From a bacterium (lineage in GTDB: Bacteria > Sysuimicrobiota > Sysuimicrobiia > Sysuimicrobiales > Humicultoraceae), in contig JBGQGY010000045.1 in assembly GCA_041497675.1 (NCBI GenBank), positions 1-24,128 on the forward strand: a stretch of 24,128 bases of DNA, written 5' to 3'. The notes beneath the pieces were generated by a model. It was not told where the DNA came from. It saw only the letters and a list, made by a program, of their open reading frames with translations, and made no database searches. This document shows positions 1 to 8,518 of this stretch, piece by piece. Both the position numbers and the translations under genes were made by a program. Every line of letters begins with the position of its first letter. Positions within the stretch are counted from its first letter, which is position 1.

Positions 1-487
1 CCCCCCGCACGAGCGTGACTTGCCCGGTGCGGGCCATCTCGCGGATGCCGTACTTGGTCAGGAGCGTGACAAGCGCATCTACTTTTTCGTCGCGCCCCGT
101 GACCTCGAGCGTCATCGTCTTGTCGGTCAGGTCGACGATGTTCGCGCGAAACACGTTGGAAATCTCCATGATCTCGAGCCGTGTCCCTGGTGTGACGTTG
201 ACTTTGATCAACGCGAGCTCGCGGTCGACGCTGGGCGTGCCGTCAACGGCGGTCGCCCGCAGCACTTCGACCAGCTTGCGCAACTGCTTGGCAAACGACT
301 CGGTGCGATCCGGCGGGGTGTCGACCACGATCGTCATCCGCGAGATATGCGGATCCTCGGTCGGCCCCACCGAGAGGCTGTGGATGTTCACGCCACGACG
401 GCGGATCAGTCCAGCCACGCGCACCAACACCCCCGGCGCGTTCTGCACCAGGACCGAAATCGTCGCCGCGTGGTGCTCTTCACTCAT
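1..487 (-). CDS. ilvN: Acetolactate synthase small (regulatory) subunit, 3' end runs off the window edge
   Basis: Not in the ORF track. Manual translation from the ATG at 487 (overlapping the ilvB end) gives MSEEHHAATISVLVQNAPGVLVRVAGLIRRRGVNIHSLSVGPTEDPHISRMTIVV...YGIREMARTGQVTLVRG, a typical IlvN ACT domain and C-terminus. Confidence 0.95.
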   Translation of the reverse strand, partial: MSEEHHAATISVLVQNAPGVLVRVAGLIRRRGVNIHSLSVGPTEDPHISRMTIVVDTPPDRTESFAKQLRKLVEVLRATAVDGTPSVDRELALIKVNVTPGTRLEIMEISNVFRANIVDLTDKTMTLEVTGRDEKVDALVTLLTKYGIREMARTGQVTLVRG

Positions 488-2201
488 CCAGGATCATCTC
501 GGCCACCGATTGACCCGACGGGATCATCGGCAGGCAGTTCTCTTCAGGGTCGGTGATCACGTCCACGACGCAGGGCTGGCCTTCAGTCTCGAGCGCGGCG
601 CGCAGGGCCGGCTCGACCTGCTCGGGCCGCTCCACGCGGATGCCGCGGCACCCAAAGACCTCGGCGACCTTGGCAAAGTCCGGGCTGCGCATGATCGACG
701 CGGAGTGCCGGCCGTTATAGAAGAACGTCTGCCACTGCCGGACCATCCCCAGCGCGCCGTTGTTCAGCACGATGACGGCCATGCTCAACCCGTGCTCGGA
801 AGCCGTGATCAGGTCTTGCAGCGTCATGATGAACCCACCGTCGCCCACCACCGCGACGACCTGCCGGTCCGGGCGTGCAAACTTTGCGCCCATCGCCGCG
901 GGGAACCCAAACCCCATGGCGCCCAAGCCGCCGGACGTGATAAACGATCGCGGCTCGCGGCACTGGTACCACTGCGCCGCCCACATCTGGTGCTGGCCCA
1001 CATCGGTGGCGACGATGGCCGCCCCGCCGGTCAAGCGGTTGAGGACGTCGCAGACGTAGACGTTGCTGATGCGGCCGTCCCGCTGCCGGTAGCGATAGGG
1101 GTAGCGCTCGCGCCACTCGTTGATTTGTTTCCACCACGCGTCGATCTTCGGCGGCGTGGTCTGCGCGGTCAGCGAGGCCAGCACACGCTTCGCATCGCCG
1201 ACGATGGGGATGTGGGCTGGCTTGTTCTTGCCGATCTCCGCGGGATCGATGTCGATGTGGATGAAGCGAGCCCTCGGCGCGAAGTCCTTGAGACGGCCGG
1301 TCACGCGGTCGTCGAAGCGCACCCCGACGGCCAGGATGACGTCGGCCTCATTGATCGCGTAGTTGGCGAACGCGCTGCCGTGCATGCCCAACATGCCCAG
1401 GCACAGCGGGTTGTGCTCATCCACCCCACCCTTGCCCATCAAGGTCAGCAGCACGGGGATACGCGTCTTTTCCATCAAGGCGGTGAGTTCGGGCGTCGCG
1501 TTGGCGGCGATGATGCCCCCACCCGCATAGATGACCGGGCGCTCGGCTGCCGCCAGCGCTTCTGCGGCCAGGGCAATCTGGTTGGGGCTCCCGTCGAGTA
1601 TCGGCCGGTAGCCCGGGATCGTCACCTCATCGGGGAACTCAGGCGTGCACATTTCTTGCGAGACGTCGCGCGGGATGTCCACCAGCACCGGTCCGGGGCG
1701 CCCGGTACGCGCCAGATAGAACGCCTCGCGGACCGCCCGGGGGATATCGTGCGCGTGCATGACGAGCGTGTTCCATTTGGTGATGGGCATGGTGATGCCG
1801 GTGACGTCGGCTTCCTGGAAGGCATCGTTGCCGATCACGGGGCGCGGCACCTGACCGGTGATGGCGACGATCGGCGTAGAATCCATCAGCGCGTCGGTGA
1901 TCCCGGTGACCAGATTGGTCGCGCCCGGCCCGGACGTGGCGGTGCACACGCCCACCTTCCCCGAGGCCCGAGCATAACCGACGGCGGCATGCGACGCGAC
2001 CTGTTCGTGGCGGACGAGGATGTGCTTGATCCCCTCGGCGTCGTACAGCGCGTCATAGATCGGCAGCGAAGCGCCACCGGGGATGCCAAAGATCATCTCG
2101 GCAGCCTCACGGCGGAGCGCTTCCATCAGCGCCTGCGCGCCGTTCATCTGCGTGCCCGCGGGCGTGCGCGTCGCTCGCGGGGCTGTCATCTGCCGTGCCA
2201 T
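480..2201 (-). CDS. ilvB: Acetolactate synthase large subunit, biosynthetic type
   Basis: GIPGGA, VRHEQ, TSGPGATN, DAFQEAD, TDVGQHQMW and the ThDP motif GDGG...NNG. Start set at ATG 2201 behind GGGAGG, just after the T-box terminator. Confidence 0.96.
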   Translation of the reverse strand: MARQMTAPRATRTPAGTQMNGAQALMEALRREAAEMIFGIPGGASLPIYDALYDAEGIKHILVRHEQVASHAAVGYARASGKVGVCTATSGPGATNLVTGITDALMDSTPIVAITGQVPRPVIGNDAFQEADVTGITMPITKWNTLVMHAHDIPRAVREAFYLARTGRPGPVLVDIPRDVSQEMCTPEFPDEVTIPGYRPILDGSPNQIALAAEALAAAERPVIYAGGGIIAANATPELTALMEKTRIPVLLTLMGKGGVDEHNPLCLGMLGMHGSAFANYAINEADVILAVGVRFDDRVTGRLKDFAPRARFIHIDIDPAEIGKNKPAHIPIVGDAKRVLASLTAQTTPPKIDAWWKQINEWRERYPYRYRQRDGRISNVYVCDVLNRLTGGAAIVATDVGQHQMWAAQWYQCREPRSFITSGGLGAMGFGFPAAMGAKFARPDRQVVAVVGDGGFIMTLQDLITASEHGLSMAVIVLNNGALGMVRQWQTFFYNGRHSASIMRSPDFAKVAEVFGCRGIRVERPEQVEPALRAALETEGQPCVVDVITDPEENCLPMIPSGQSVAEMILDE

Positions 2202-2220
2202 TGCCAGTTCCCCCTCCCGG

Positions 2221-2475
2221 AAAAAAACAGATGCGGGACGCATCCTAAGGACGGATGCTCCCGCGGTACCACCTTAGTTCCCCGCCGGCATCGCGGCCGG
2301 GGGGCCCTCTGCGCCCGTATCGTGGGCAGTGCGGCGGGTCCTACACCCGGGGGCGTTCTCCCCGGCTTCGTACCCGCGACTCGGGGAGGAGATTCGGCAG
2401 GGGCGGAGACCGGCTCGCACCAGACCCGGCTCGCTCACTCACGCGAGCCTGCCGACATGTTCCCGTCATCGTCCG
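2221..2475 (-). promoter_or_regulatory. T-box riboswitch (tRNA-sensing antitermination leader), specifier probably CUC (Leu)
   Basis: Minus strand shows the GA motif (GATGA), stem I with AGCGA and GGTGCGA loops, specifier region GAATCTCC and T-box AACTAAGGTGGTACCGCG (2262-2279). Antiterminator AAGG/CCTT plus GCGG/CCGT competes with terminator GCGGGAGCATCC/GGATGCGTCCCGC, followed after ATCTG by T7. Confidence 0.93.
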
Positions 2476-2507
2476 GCGCGCCTGCGCGCACCGTGCTTTT
2501 CGGTATG

Positions 2508-2557
2508 AAAAAAAGCCTGAGCGATAGGTACCGGTGAGGAACCTATCCCTCAGGCTT
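2508..2557 (-). terminator. Intrinsic terminator (expression platform of the ykkC-type riboswitch)
   Basis: AGCCTGAGGGATAGGT-loop-ACCTATCGCTCAGGCT running into a T7 tract. Its 5' arm is the 3' end of the aptamer, which implies an ON switch. Confidence 0.9.
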
Positions 2558-2647
2558 CTCTCCTGAAGGTGTAACGGCTGTCGCCGCCTGCGCCGCTCGG
2601 ACCAGCCCGACCCTTGTGAGGTCGCGGAACCCTAGGCGCACTCCCTC
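2536..2647 (-). ncRNA. ykkC-yxkD family riboswitch aptamer, P0-containing subtype (most likely ppGpp-sensing subtype 2a)
   Basis: Minus strand: GAGGGAGTGCGCC-TAGGGTTCCG...GCTGGTCCGAGC...ACACCTTCAGGAGAGAAGCCTGAGGGATAGGTTCCTC. Conserved ykkC core motifs and GAGGGA/TTCCTC P0 pairing; located upstream of ilv genes in tandem with a T-box. Confidence 0.88.
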
Positions 2648-2682
2648 GGACTTGCAACCTACCCGTTATGAAATTACCCGCT

Positions 2683-2712
2683 ATCGTACCGCGATATGAC
2701 AAACCTTGTCAA
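2683..2712 (-). promoter_or_regulatory. Sigma70-type promoter for the riboswitch-ilvBN transcript
   Basis: TTGACA (2712-2707), 18 nt spacer, TACGAT (2688-2683), about 35 nt upstream of the aptamer. Confidence 0.75.
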
Positions 2713-3425
2713 GGCTTTCGCGCCGGCGAAGGCATCCTTTCGAGATAGCCAACCACCTCGGCCAGCGGGGTCACATCGGCCAAGTCGATGTCGATGTCGT
2801 GCAGGAAGACCTCATGCATCAACTCGCAACGCTCGCCGACCGCCTCGCGAGGCACGATCACCCGAAAGCTATCGGTCGCGTCACGGCAAGTTGCATAGAC
2901 GCAATGGCTGGTGCTGACCCCCAGGACGATGAGGGTGTCGATTCCGAGCATGGTGAGGATATCCTGCAAGTTCGTTCCCTTGAAGGCCGAAGCGTACCGC
3001 TTTCGCACGATCAATTCGGTCGGCCGGCGCTCCAATCGCGGATCGAGTTGCCACAACTCGGCGTCATGGAAGGGAAGCTCTATGTATTGCTTCTTGTCGT
3101 GCGGGCTCGGTGGATGGGCGGGATCGTGGGCGAAATTCGTGAAAAGGATCGGAACCTGGGCGGCCCGGGCCGCGCGCAGCACCTGGCAGGCCGCCTCCAC
3201 CACGACGTCGAGCCGACTGCCGATATCCTGTTGAGGATCAAGCCAGTATCGGGCCAGGTCAATTACGAGCACTGCGGGACGAGCACCGAAGCCCACGCGT
3301 CCCGCCCAGTGCCGCCGCACGTAGGCGTCGCGCAAGTCGCGCAAATGGGCCAGCAACGGGCCACGCAGTTCGTCCGGCAATGCTAGATCCTTCGAACCGA
3401 ACCTGGGAGTTGTCGCACTATCCAT
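2709..3425 (-). CDS. Isochorismatase-family cysteine hydrolase (N-carbamoylsarcosine amidase/NicF-like)
   Basis: GFGARPAVLVID, KRYASAF and GVSTSHCVYAT give a D-K-C triad. ATG 3425 has GGAGG upstream (alternative start 3449). Confidence 0.88.
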   Translation of the reverse strand: MDSATTPRFGSKDLALPDELRGPLLAHLRDLRDAYVRRHWAGRVGFGARPAVLVIDLARYWLDPQQDIGSRLDVVVEAACQVLRAARAAQVPILFTNFAHDPAHPPSPHDKKQYIELPFHDAELWQLDPRLERRPTELIVRKRYASAFKGTNLQDILTMLGIDTLIVLGVSTSHCVYATCRDATDSFRVIVPREAVGERCELMHEVFLHDIDIDLADVTPLAEVVGYLERMPSPARKP

Positions 3426-3461
3426 GCGTGTCGCCTCCGCCGGCTGCATCCTGTGACGTTC

Positions 3462-4940
3462 TCACGTGACCGCGATGTCCACCGCCGGCCGCATCCCCGC
3501 CAGGACCTTGAGCACGTCATGAATCGGGTGCGTACGGAATCGCTCGATCAGCGCCGGGTCGCCCCCGCCCGCATCGGCCTCGGGGAACGCCGTCTGCGTC
3601 AACTGCGACTCGAAGCGCGGCCCCCACTTGCGCGTCCCCAGCCGTGCCGTCGTCGAGCAATTGTCCACCATGTAGGCGACGCCGCGCGCATGCATGTACG
3701 GCAGCAGCGAATCGACCGCTTCGATGACGGATTCGTTGGCAATCTCCGAGTAAGGATGGCCGCGCTCGATCAGCAGGTCGACCTGCGCCATCATCGCGCC
3801 CAAGAAGACGCCCGCGGTGAACGCGTGGACCTCGCTGCCGATCCGGCCGCGCTGCTTGCGGACCTCGGCGCCGACGTTCCACATGCGGCTGCCGTCGATT
3901 TTGGGAATCGGGTGCTCGCGCAGACGATGCCCCGCCAGGACCACGCTGCGCAACTCGTTCCCCGACTCGACCTCGTCGTAGATCTCCACCATGAGCGGCT
4001 TCGTCGTGTGATATGTCGAGGCATAACCTCGTTCGAAGTCACCCCGTTCGCCCGCAGAGAGGCTCTCGTAAACGTCCAGGAGGCTCTTGTGCGAGATGGT
4101 CTGTGAAATCGGCCCCGTCACGCTCTCGCAAGCGTGGACAAACGCTTCTTGCTCCGAAAGGCCCTGCTCGCGGTAACGACGGTAGAGACTCTCGACGATC
4201 CCCCACACGGCGCCCAACAGGATGGCCCGCTCGCCGAAGATATCGGACAGGTACTCGGACCGCAGCGTGGTCTTGAAGGTGTGCGGCGCGCCCAACCCGA
4301 CCGACCAGGCGAGCGCAATGTCAGTGGCGCGTCCATCGATGTCTTGCTCGACCGCGAAACTGGTGTTGATCCCCGCGCCGTTGATCTCGCGCCCCTGCTC
4401 GTAGAGTCGTCGCACCGACCGCCCCATGCCCTTCGGGCAGACCCCAATGACATTCACCGTCGATGGAAACGCCTCGCCCATGTTCTTCAGATGTCCAAGG
4501 AGGAAGCCGTGCGACAGACCCAGTGTCGTGCCCGGTCGCAGCGCCTTGAAGATACGGGGATACAGCTCGGCCAGCGCCGCGTCGGCGATCAGCAGCAGCG
4601 TCAGGTCGGACTTCGCGGTCACGTCGAACATCTCGCCGAGGGTGCCGTCGGTCTCGGTGAAGCCGGCCTTTCGCGCGTCGGCCATCGACGACGACCCGCC
4701 GCGCAGCCCCACGGCCACGCGGATCCCGGTGCCGGTGAGGGATTCGCGGAGGTTCATCGCCTGCGCCGGCCCCTGCGAGCCCCAGCCGATCACGCCGATA
4801 GTGCGGATACCGGCAAGCGCTTTGGGCAGCAGCGGGAACAGGTGGCGCCCGCCCCGGACAAAGGATTCCTTGCGCCCGGCCAGTTCGAAGGTCTCTACCG
4901 GGAAGATGGTCGAGGTAAACGTGTTGGACTGCACAGTCAT
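3462..4940 (-). CDS. ilvC: Ketol-acid reductoisomerase, long plant-type (class II)
   Basis: IGVIGWGSQGPAQA, GLRGGSSS, LSHGF, CPKGMG, SDIFGERAILLG and a duplicated C-terminal domain (YSEIANESVIEAVDSL...MVDNCSTTARLG). AGGAGG precedes ATG 4940. Confidence 0.94.
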   Translation of the reverse strand: MTVQSNTFTSTIFPVETFELAGRKESFVRGGRHLFPLLPKALAGIRTIGVIGWGSQGPAQAMNLRESLTGTGIRVAVGLRGGSSSMADARKAGFTETDGTLGEMFDVTAKSDLTLLLIADAALAELYPRIFKALRPGTTLGLSHGFLLGHLKNMGEAFPSTVNVIGVCPKGMGRSVRRLYEQGREINGAGINTSFAVEQDIDGRATDIALAWSVGLGAPHTFKTTLRSEYLSDIFGERAILLGAVWGIVESLYRRYREQGLSEQEAFVHACESVTGPISQTISHKSLLDVYESLSAGERGDFERGYASTYHTTKPLMVEIYDEVESGNELRSVVLAGHRLREHPIPKIDGSRMWNVGAEVRKQRGRIGSEVHAFTAGVFLGAMMAQVDLLIERGHPYSEIANESVIEAVDSLLPYMHARGVAYMVDNCSTTARLGTRKWGPRFESQLTQTAFPEADAGGGDPALIERFRTHPIHDVLKVLAGMRPAVDIAVT

Positions 4941-4980
4941 CGACGGCCTCCTACGGGGTGGCGGCGCGCTGGATGCCGCC

Positions 4981-5009
4981 ATTATCCTGGAACTGTCGCT
5001 CCGTCGCAA
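4981..5009 (-). promoter_or_regulatory. Putative sigma70 promoter of ilvC
   Basis: TTGCGA, 17 nt spacer, GATAAT, 40 nt upstream of the ilvC start. Confidence 0.5.
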
Positions 5010-5096
5010 GCGCATCACATGTTTGAGGGGACGAGTCGCCCGGAGATCGAAGTACTGCGGTGCGAGAGGACAGATGCTCTAGGAGGACCACGAGCG

Positions 5097-6938
5097 GTGT
5101 ATGACGTTGAGATTGTACACGATGTCAAGGTGCCCATGCGGGACGGCGTGCGGCTGGCGACGGACCTCTATCTCCCAACGACGCGGGATGGCACAGCGGG
5201 GCCCGGGCGCGTGCCGGCGCTGCTGACTCGGACGCCTTACGACAAGAACGCCGCCCCGCCGGCGTCGGATGATCCGCAGATGCGGCGCATCGGCCTGGAC
5301 GAGTACGGCCGGTACTTCGCCGCGCACGGCTACGCGGTCGTCGTGCAGAACACCCGCGGCCGCTACACGTCCGAGGGGGTGTGGCATTGGTTGAACGACG
5401 ACGGGCCTGACGGCGTCGACACCTGCGCCTGGATCGGCGCGCAGGCCTGGTCAAACGGGAAGGTCGGTATGTTCGGGACCTCGTATCCGGGCGGGACCCA
5501 GCACGCGGCCGCCCTGGCCGGCGCGGCGGAGCTCGTGACCGTCATCCCGGTCGACGCGGTGTCGAACACGGGGCAGCGCGGCGTCCGATACGACGGCGCG
5601 TTCGAGCTGCGCTTTTGGAACTGGGTCTTTACCTGTGGGAACGACGTGACCTGGGCTGGCGGCGGCCCAGCTGCGGCACGACCGGCGCTGCAGGAGATGA
5701 CCGTGAACCGCCGCCACTACCTGATGAACGTGCCGACGCGGCGCGGGACGACGCCGCTCAAACACGCGCCCGAGTACGAGGAGTGGCTGGTCGCCGCGAT
5801 GGAGCACGGCGCCAACGATCGCTTCTGGAGCCAGAACAACATTCTGGCCACGCCGGAGCGCTACAAAGACATCCCGGTCTACCTGGTCGGGGGCTGGTAC
5901 GACTCGTGGGGCGGCAACACCACGGCGAACTACGTCGCGCTGAGCAAGCGCATCAAGGGGCCGGTGTCTCTCATCATGGGTCCCTGGATCCACGGCCTCC
6001 AGGGCAGCTATGCTCACGGCCAGGTGAACTTTGGTGAAGCGGCGGCAATCGACGACCAGCTGGCGTGGCGGCGCGAGTGGTTCGACCGGTGGCTGAAGGG
6101 CGTCGAGAACCGGGTGGGCAGGTCGACACCGTTTGCGTCACCGGTGCGGATCTTCGTGATGGGGACCGGAGACGGCACCAAAGCGCCGGACGGGCGGTTG
6201 AACCACGGGGGCTCCTGGCGCGATGAACAGGAGTGGCCGCTGGCCCGCACCCGATACACGAGCTACTATCTGCACACCGCCGGGCGGCTCTCGACAACGC
6301 CGCCGGACGAACCCGGGTCGTCGACCAGCTTCGACTTCGATCCGCGCGATCCCGTGCCGAGTATCGGCGGCAACGTGTCATCGGCGGACGGGATCATGAT
6401 CCAGGGTGGGTGGGATCAGCGCGGCGGGGAGCACATCTGGAACTGGACGCGGCCGATCCCGCTCTCCGCGCGGCGTGACGTGCTGGTGTTTCAGACGGAG
6501 CCGCTGGCCGACGATCTCGAGGTCACCGGCGAGATCGAGGTGAAGTTGTGGGCCGCGTCATCGGCCGTCGATACCGACTTCACGGCAAAGCTGATCGACG
6601 TGTACCCCGTAAGCGCGCACTTCCCGGGCGGGTTCGATCTCAATTTGGAAGATGGGATTGTGCGGGGGCGATTCCGGGAGTCATTGACCGTTGAGAAGCT
6701 GATGACGCCAGGAATGGCCTACGAGTTCAGTATCCGCCTGTATCCGACCTCGAATGTTTTCAAAAGGGGTCACCGCATCCGTGTGGACATCTCCAGCAGC
6801 AACTTCCCGCGCTTCGACGTCAACCCAAACACGGGCGAGCCGCTGAACCGGCACCGGCGCACGGTGGTCGCGACGAACACGGTCTTTCACGAACGTGCGA
6901 GGGCGTCGCGCATCGTCCTGCCGGTGATCCCGAAGTAG
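5097..6938 (+). CDS. CocE/NonD family (X-Pro dipeptidyl-peptidase S15-like) serine hydrolase
   Basis: VPMRDGVRLATDLYLP, RTPYDK, nucleophile GTSYPG, GWYD, GPWIH and C-terminal SSSNFPRFDVNPNTG. GTG 5097 lies behind AGGAGG; the upstream part of the tracked ORF is antisense to ilvC. Confidence 0.92.
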   Translation: MYDVEIVHDVKVPMRDGVRLATDLYLPTTRDGTAGPGRVPALLTRTPYDKNAAPPASDDPQMRRIGLDEYGRYFAAHGYAVVVQNTRGRYTSEGVWHWLNDDGPDGVDTCAWIGAQAWSNGKVGMFGTSYPGGTQHAAALAGAAELVTVIPVDAVSNTGQRGVRYDGAFELRFWNWVFTCGNDVTWAGGGPAAARPALQEMTVNRRHYLMNVPTRRGTTPLKHAPEYEEWLVAAMEHGANDRFWSQNNILATPERYKDIPVYLVGGWYDSWGGNTTANYVALSKRIKGPVSLIMGPWIHGLQGSYAHGQVNFGEAAAIDDQLAWRREWFDRWLKGVENRVGRSTPFASPVRIFVMGTGDGTKAPDGRLNHGGSWRDEQEWPLARTRYTSYYLHTAGRLSTTPPDEPGSSTSFDFDPRDPVPSIGGNVSSADGIMIQGGWDQRGGEHIWNWTRPIPLSARRDVLVFQTEPLADDLEVTGEIEVKLWAASSAVDTDFTAKLIDVYPVSAHFPGGFDLNLEDGIVRGRFRESLTVEKLMTPGMAYEFSIRLYPTSNVFKRGHRIRVDISSSNFPRFDVNPNTGEPLNRHRRTVVATNTVFHERARASRIVLPVIPK

Positions 6939-6939
6939 C

Positions 6940-7710
6940 CTACACGGTCGTCCAGCCGCCGTCCACCACGAGCACAGCCCCGGTCATGAACGACGAGTCG
7001 TCCGACGCGAGGAACAATGCCGCGCTCGCGATCTCACCCGCCTCACCGAAGCGCCCCATCGGCGTCAGGTCCTCAAACTGTTTCCGCCGGATGGGATCAT
7101 CGTAGAAATCGGCCATCATCGCCGTGCGGATCTGTCCCGGACACAAACAATTGACGCGCACCTTCTTGGGCGCGTACTCGACGGCCAGGTTGCGGGTCAG
7201 ACCGACGAGCGCCGTCTTTGAGGTCACGTAGGCGTGGTTGCCCGCCCGGTGCGCCACCAGCGACCCCACCGAGCCGATGATGATGACCGATCCCCCGCCG
7301 GATCTGACGATTTCAGGAATCGCGGATCGGCACCCCAGGAACACTCCCGTCAGGTTCACGGACAGGATGCGCTGCCAGGTATCGAGCGAGATCGTCTCGA
7401 GACCGATATCCCCACCATCTGGACGCCGGTCGACGATGCCCGCGTTCGCGTAGAACACGTGCACGCCGCCCCACCGCTCGACGGCCGTGGCCACCATGCG
7501 CCGGTTGGCCTCCGGGTCGGCGACATTGCACGCGAGCGCGACGGCCTCACCGCCGGCCGCGCGAATCCTCGCCGCGGTCTCCTCGGCGGCACCTGTGTTG
7601 ACATCGGCGGCGACCACCTTCGCCCCTTCGGCGGCAAACAGCACCGACGCCTCACGGCCCTGCCCGGCGCCGGCGCCGGTGATGATGGCGACCTTACCCG
7701 CCAGACGCAC
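6940..7710 (-). CDS. SDR family NAD(P)-dependent oxidoreductase (candidate dihydrodiol-type dehydrogenase by context)
   Basis: TGAGAGQG, NAG, catalytic S...YVTSK, VNCLCPG and VDGG; last gene of the dioxygenase operon. Confidence 0.92.
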   Translation of the reverse strand: MRLAGKVAIITGAGAGQGREASVLFAAEGAKVVAADVNTGAAEETAARIRAAGGEAVALACNVADPEANRRMVATAVERWGGVHVFYANAGIVDRRPDGGDIGLETISLDTWQRILSVNLTGVFLGCRSAIPEIVRSGGGSVIIIGSVGSLVAHRAGNHAYVTSKTALVGLTRNLAVEYAPKKVRVNCLCPGQIRTAMMADFYDDPIRRKQFEDLTPMGRFGEAGEIASAALFLASDDSSFMTGAVLVVDGGWTTV

Positions 7711-7998
7711 TCAGCGGTCCTCGCGGGGGCGGGACGGCGGGCGCAGCGCGACGTCGACGACACCCGGCGGCCGGTCGTGCGGTCCAAACGGCTCTTCGAG
7801 AAACTTCGTGAAGGTCTCCATCGTCTGCCAGGTCAGGCTCTCGAGCGCCAGCGCATCTAGCCGGATAGCGTAACCCAGCCGCGGCGAGACTATCTCCAGT
7901 CGTTCACCGTTGCGGGTGTAGACCTTTCGCACCGAGACCACCGCGAACTCGTTCCCCACGTCGACGGCGGGGTCGGCGGCCCGCGTCTCGTCAGCCAT
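7711..7998 (-). CDS. Small conserved protein resembling those found in actinobacterial nar/nid-type dioxygenase clusters (function unknown)
   Basis: GNEFAVVSVRKVYTRNGERLEIVSPR...LDALALESLTWQ; GAGGTG RBS before ATG 7998; sits between the beta subunit and the SDR. Confidence 0.7.
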   Translation of the reverse strand: MADETRAADPAVDVGNEFAVVSVRKVYTRNGERLEIVSPRLGYAIRLDALALESLTWQTMETFTKFLEEPFGPHDRPPGVVDVALRPPSRPREDR

Positions 7999-8008
7999 CG
8001 TCTTCACC

Positions 8009-8518
8009 TCACACAAAGATGGCCAGGTTCTGATTGGCGAGTGACGCCTGGTCGATGATGACTTCACGCCGGGCGAGTCTCCAGCCGCCGGCGACCCGCC
8101 GCAACAGATCCCGGCGCTCGCCGGAGATCAGCTCATATCCGGCCGTGTCGCCGCGGTTGCGATAGACGAGCACATAGGCACGCACGTCCAGCTCGTCGGC
8201 GCCCGCGCCCGGGGCGATCCGCACATTCGAGACGAAGTGCCGCGTGCGCGACGGGGGATCCTCCGCCCAGGCGAAGTCGGTGCGCAGCCGCCGGACGCGC
8301 AACTCGAGCGTGGCGCGATCGTCCCAGAAAAACTGCATCTGGTCCGACCGGTCCGTGGGGCTGGTCCGCTCTCTCGTCAGACGCACCGGCATCCGATACT
8401 GCACGTCGTCGGTCAGCAGCGCCAGCCAGTCTTCGAGACGGCCGGTGTCCAGTAACTCGGCTTCCCGGTACAGAAAGTCCAGAACCTCTTCCCGTGTCTG
8501 TGCGGGGATCGGCATCAT
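8009..8518 (-). CDS. Aromatic ring-hydroxylating dioxygenase beta subunit
   Basis: FLYREAELLD, YRMP, AWAEDPPSRTRHFVSNV, NLAIF; ATGA overlap with the alpha subunit stop. Confidence 0.95.
   Translation of the reverse strand: MMPIPAQTREEVLDFLYREAELLDTGRLEDWLALLTDDVQYRMPVRLTRERTSPTDRSDQMQFFWDDRATLELRVRRLRTDFAWAEDPPSRTRHFVSNVRIAPGAGADELDVRAYVLVYRNRGDTAGYELISGERRDLLRRVAGGWRLARREVIIDQASLANQNLAIFV

Noticed and set aside
15..2537. 840-aa plus-strand ORF
   Set aside because: Antisense shadow of ilvN/ilvB and the T-box, typical of high-GC DNA; no recognisable motifs.
4134..5096. Apparent 321-aa N-terminal extension of the CocE hydrolase
   Set aside because: Antisense to ilvC; the real start is GTG 5097 behind AGGAGG, so this is not a fusion.
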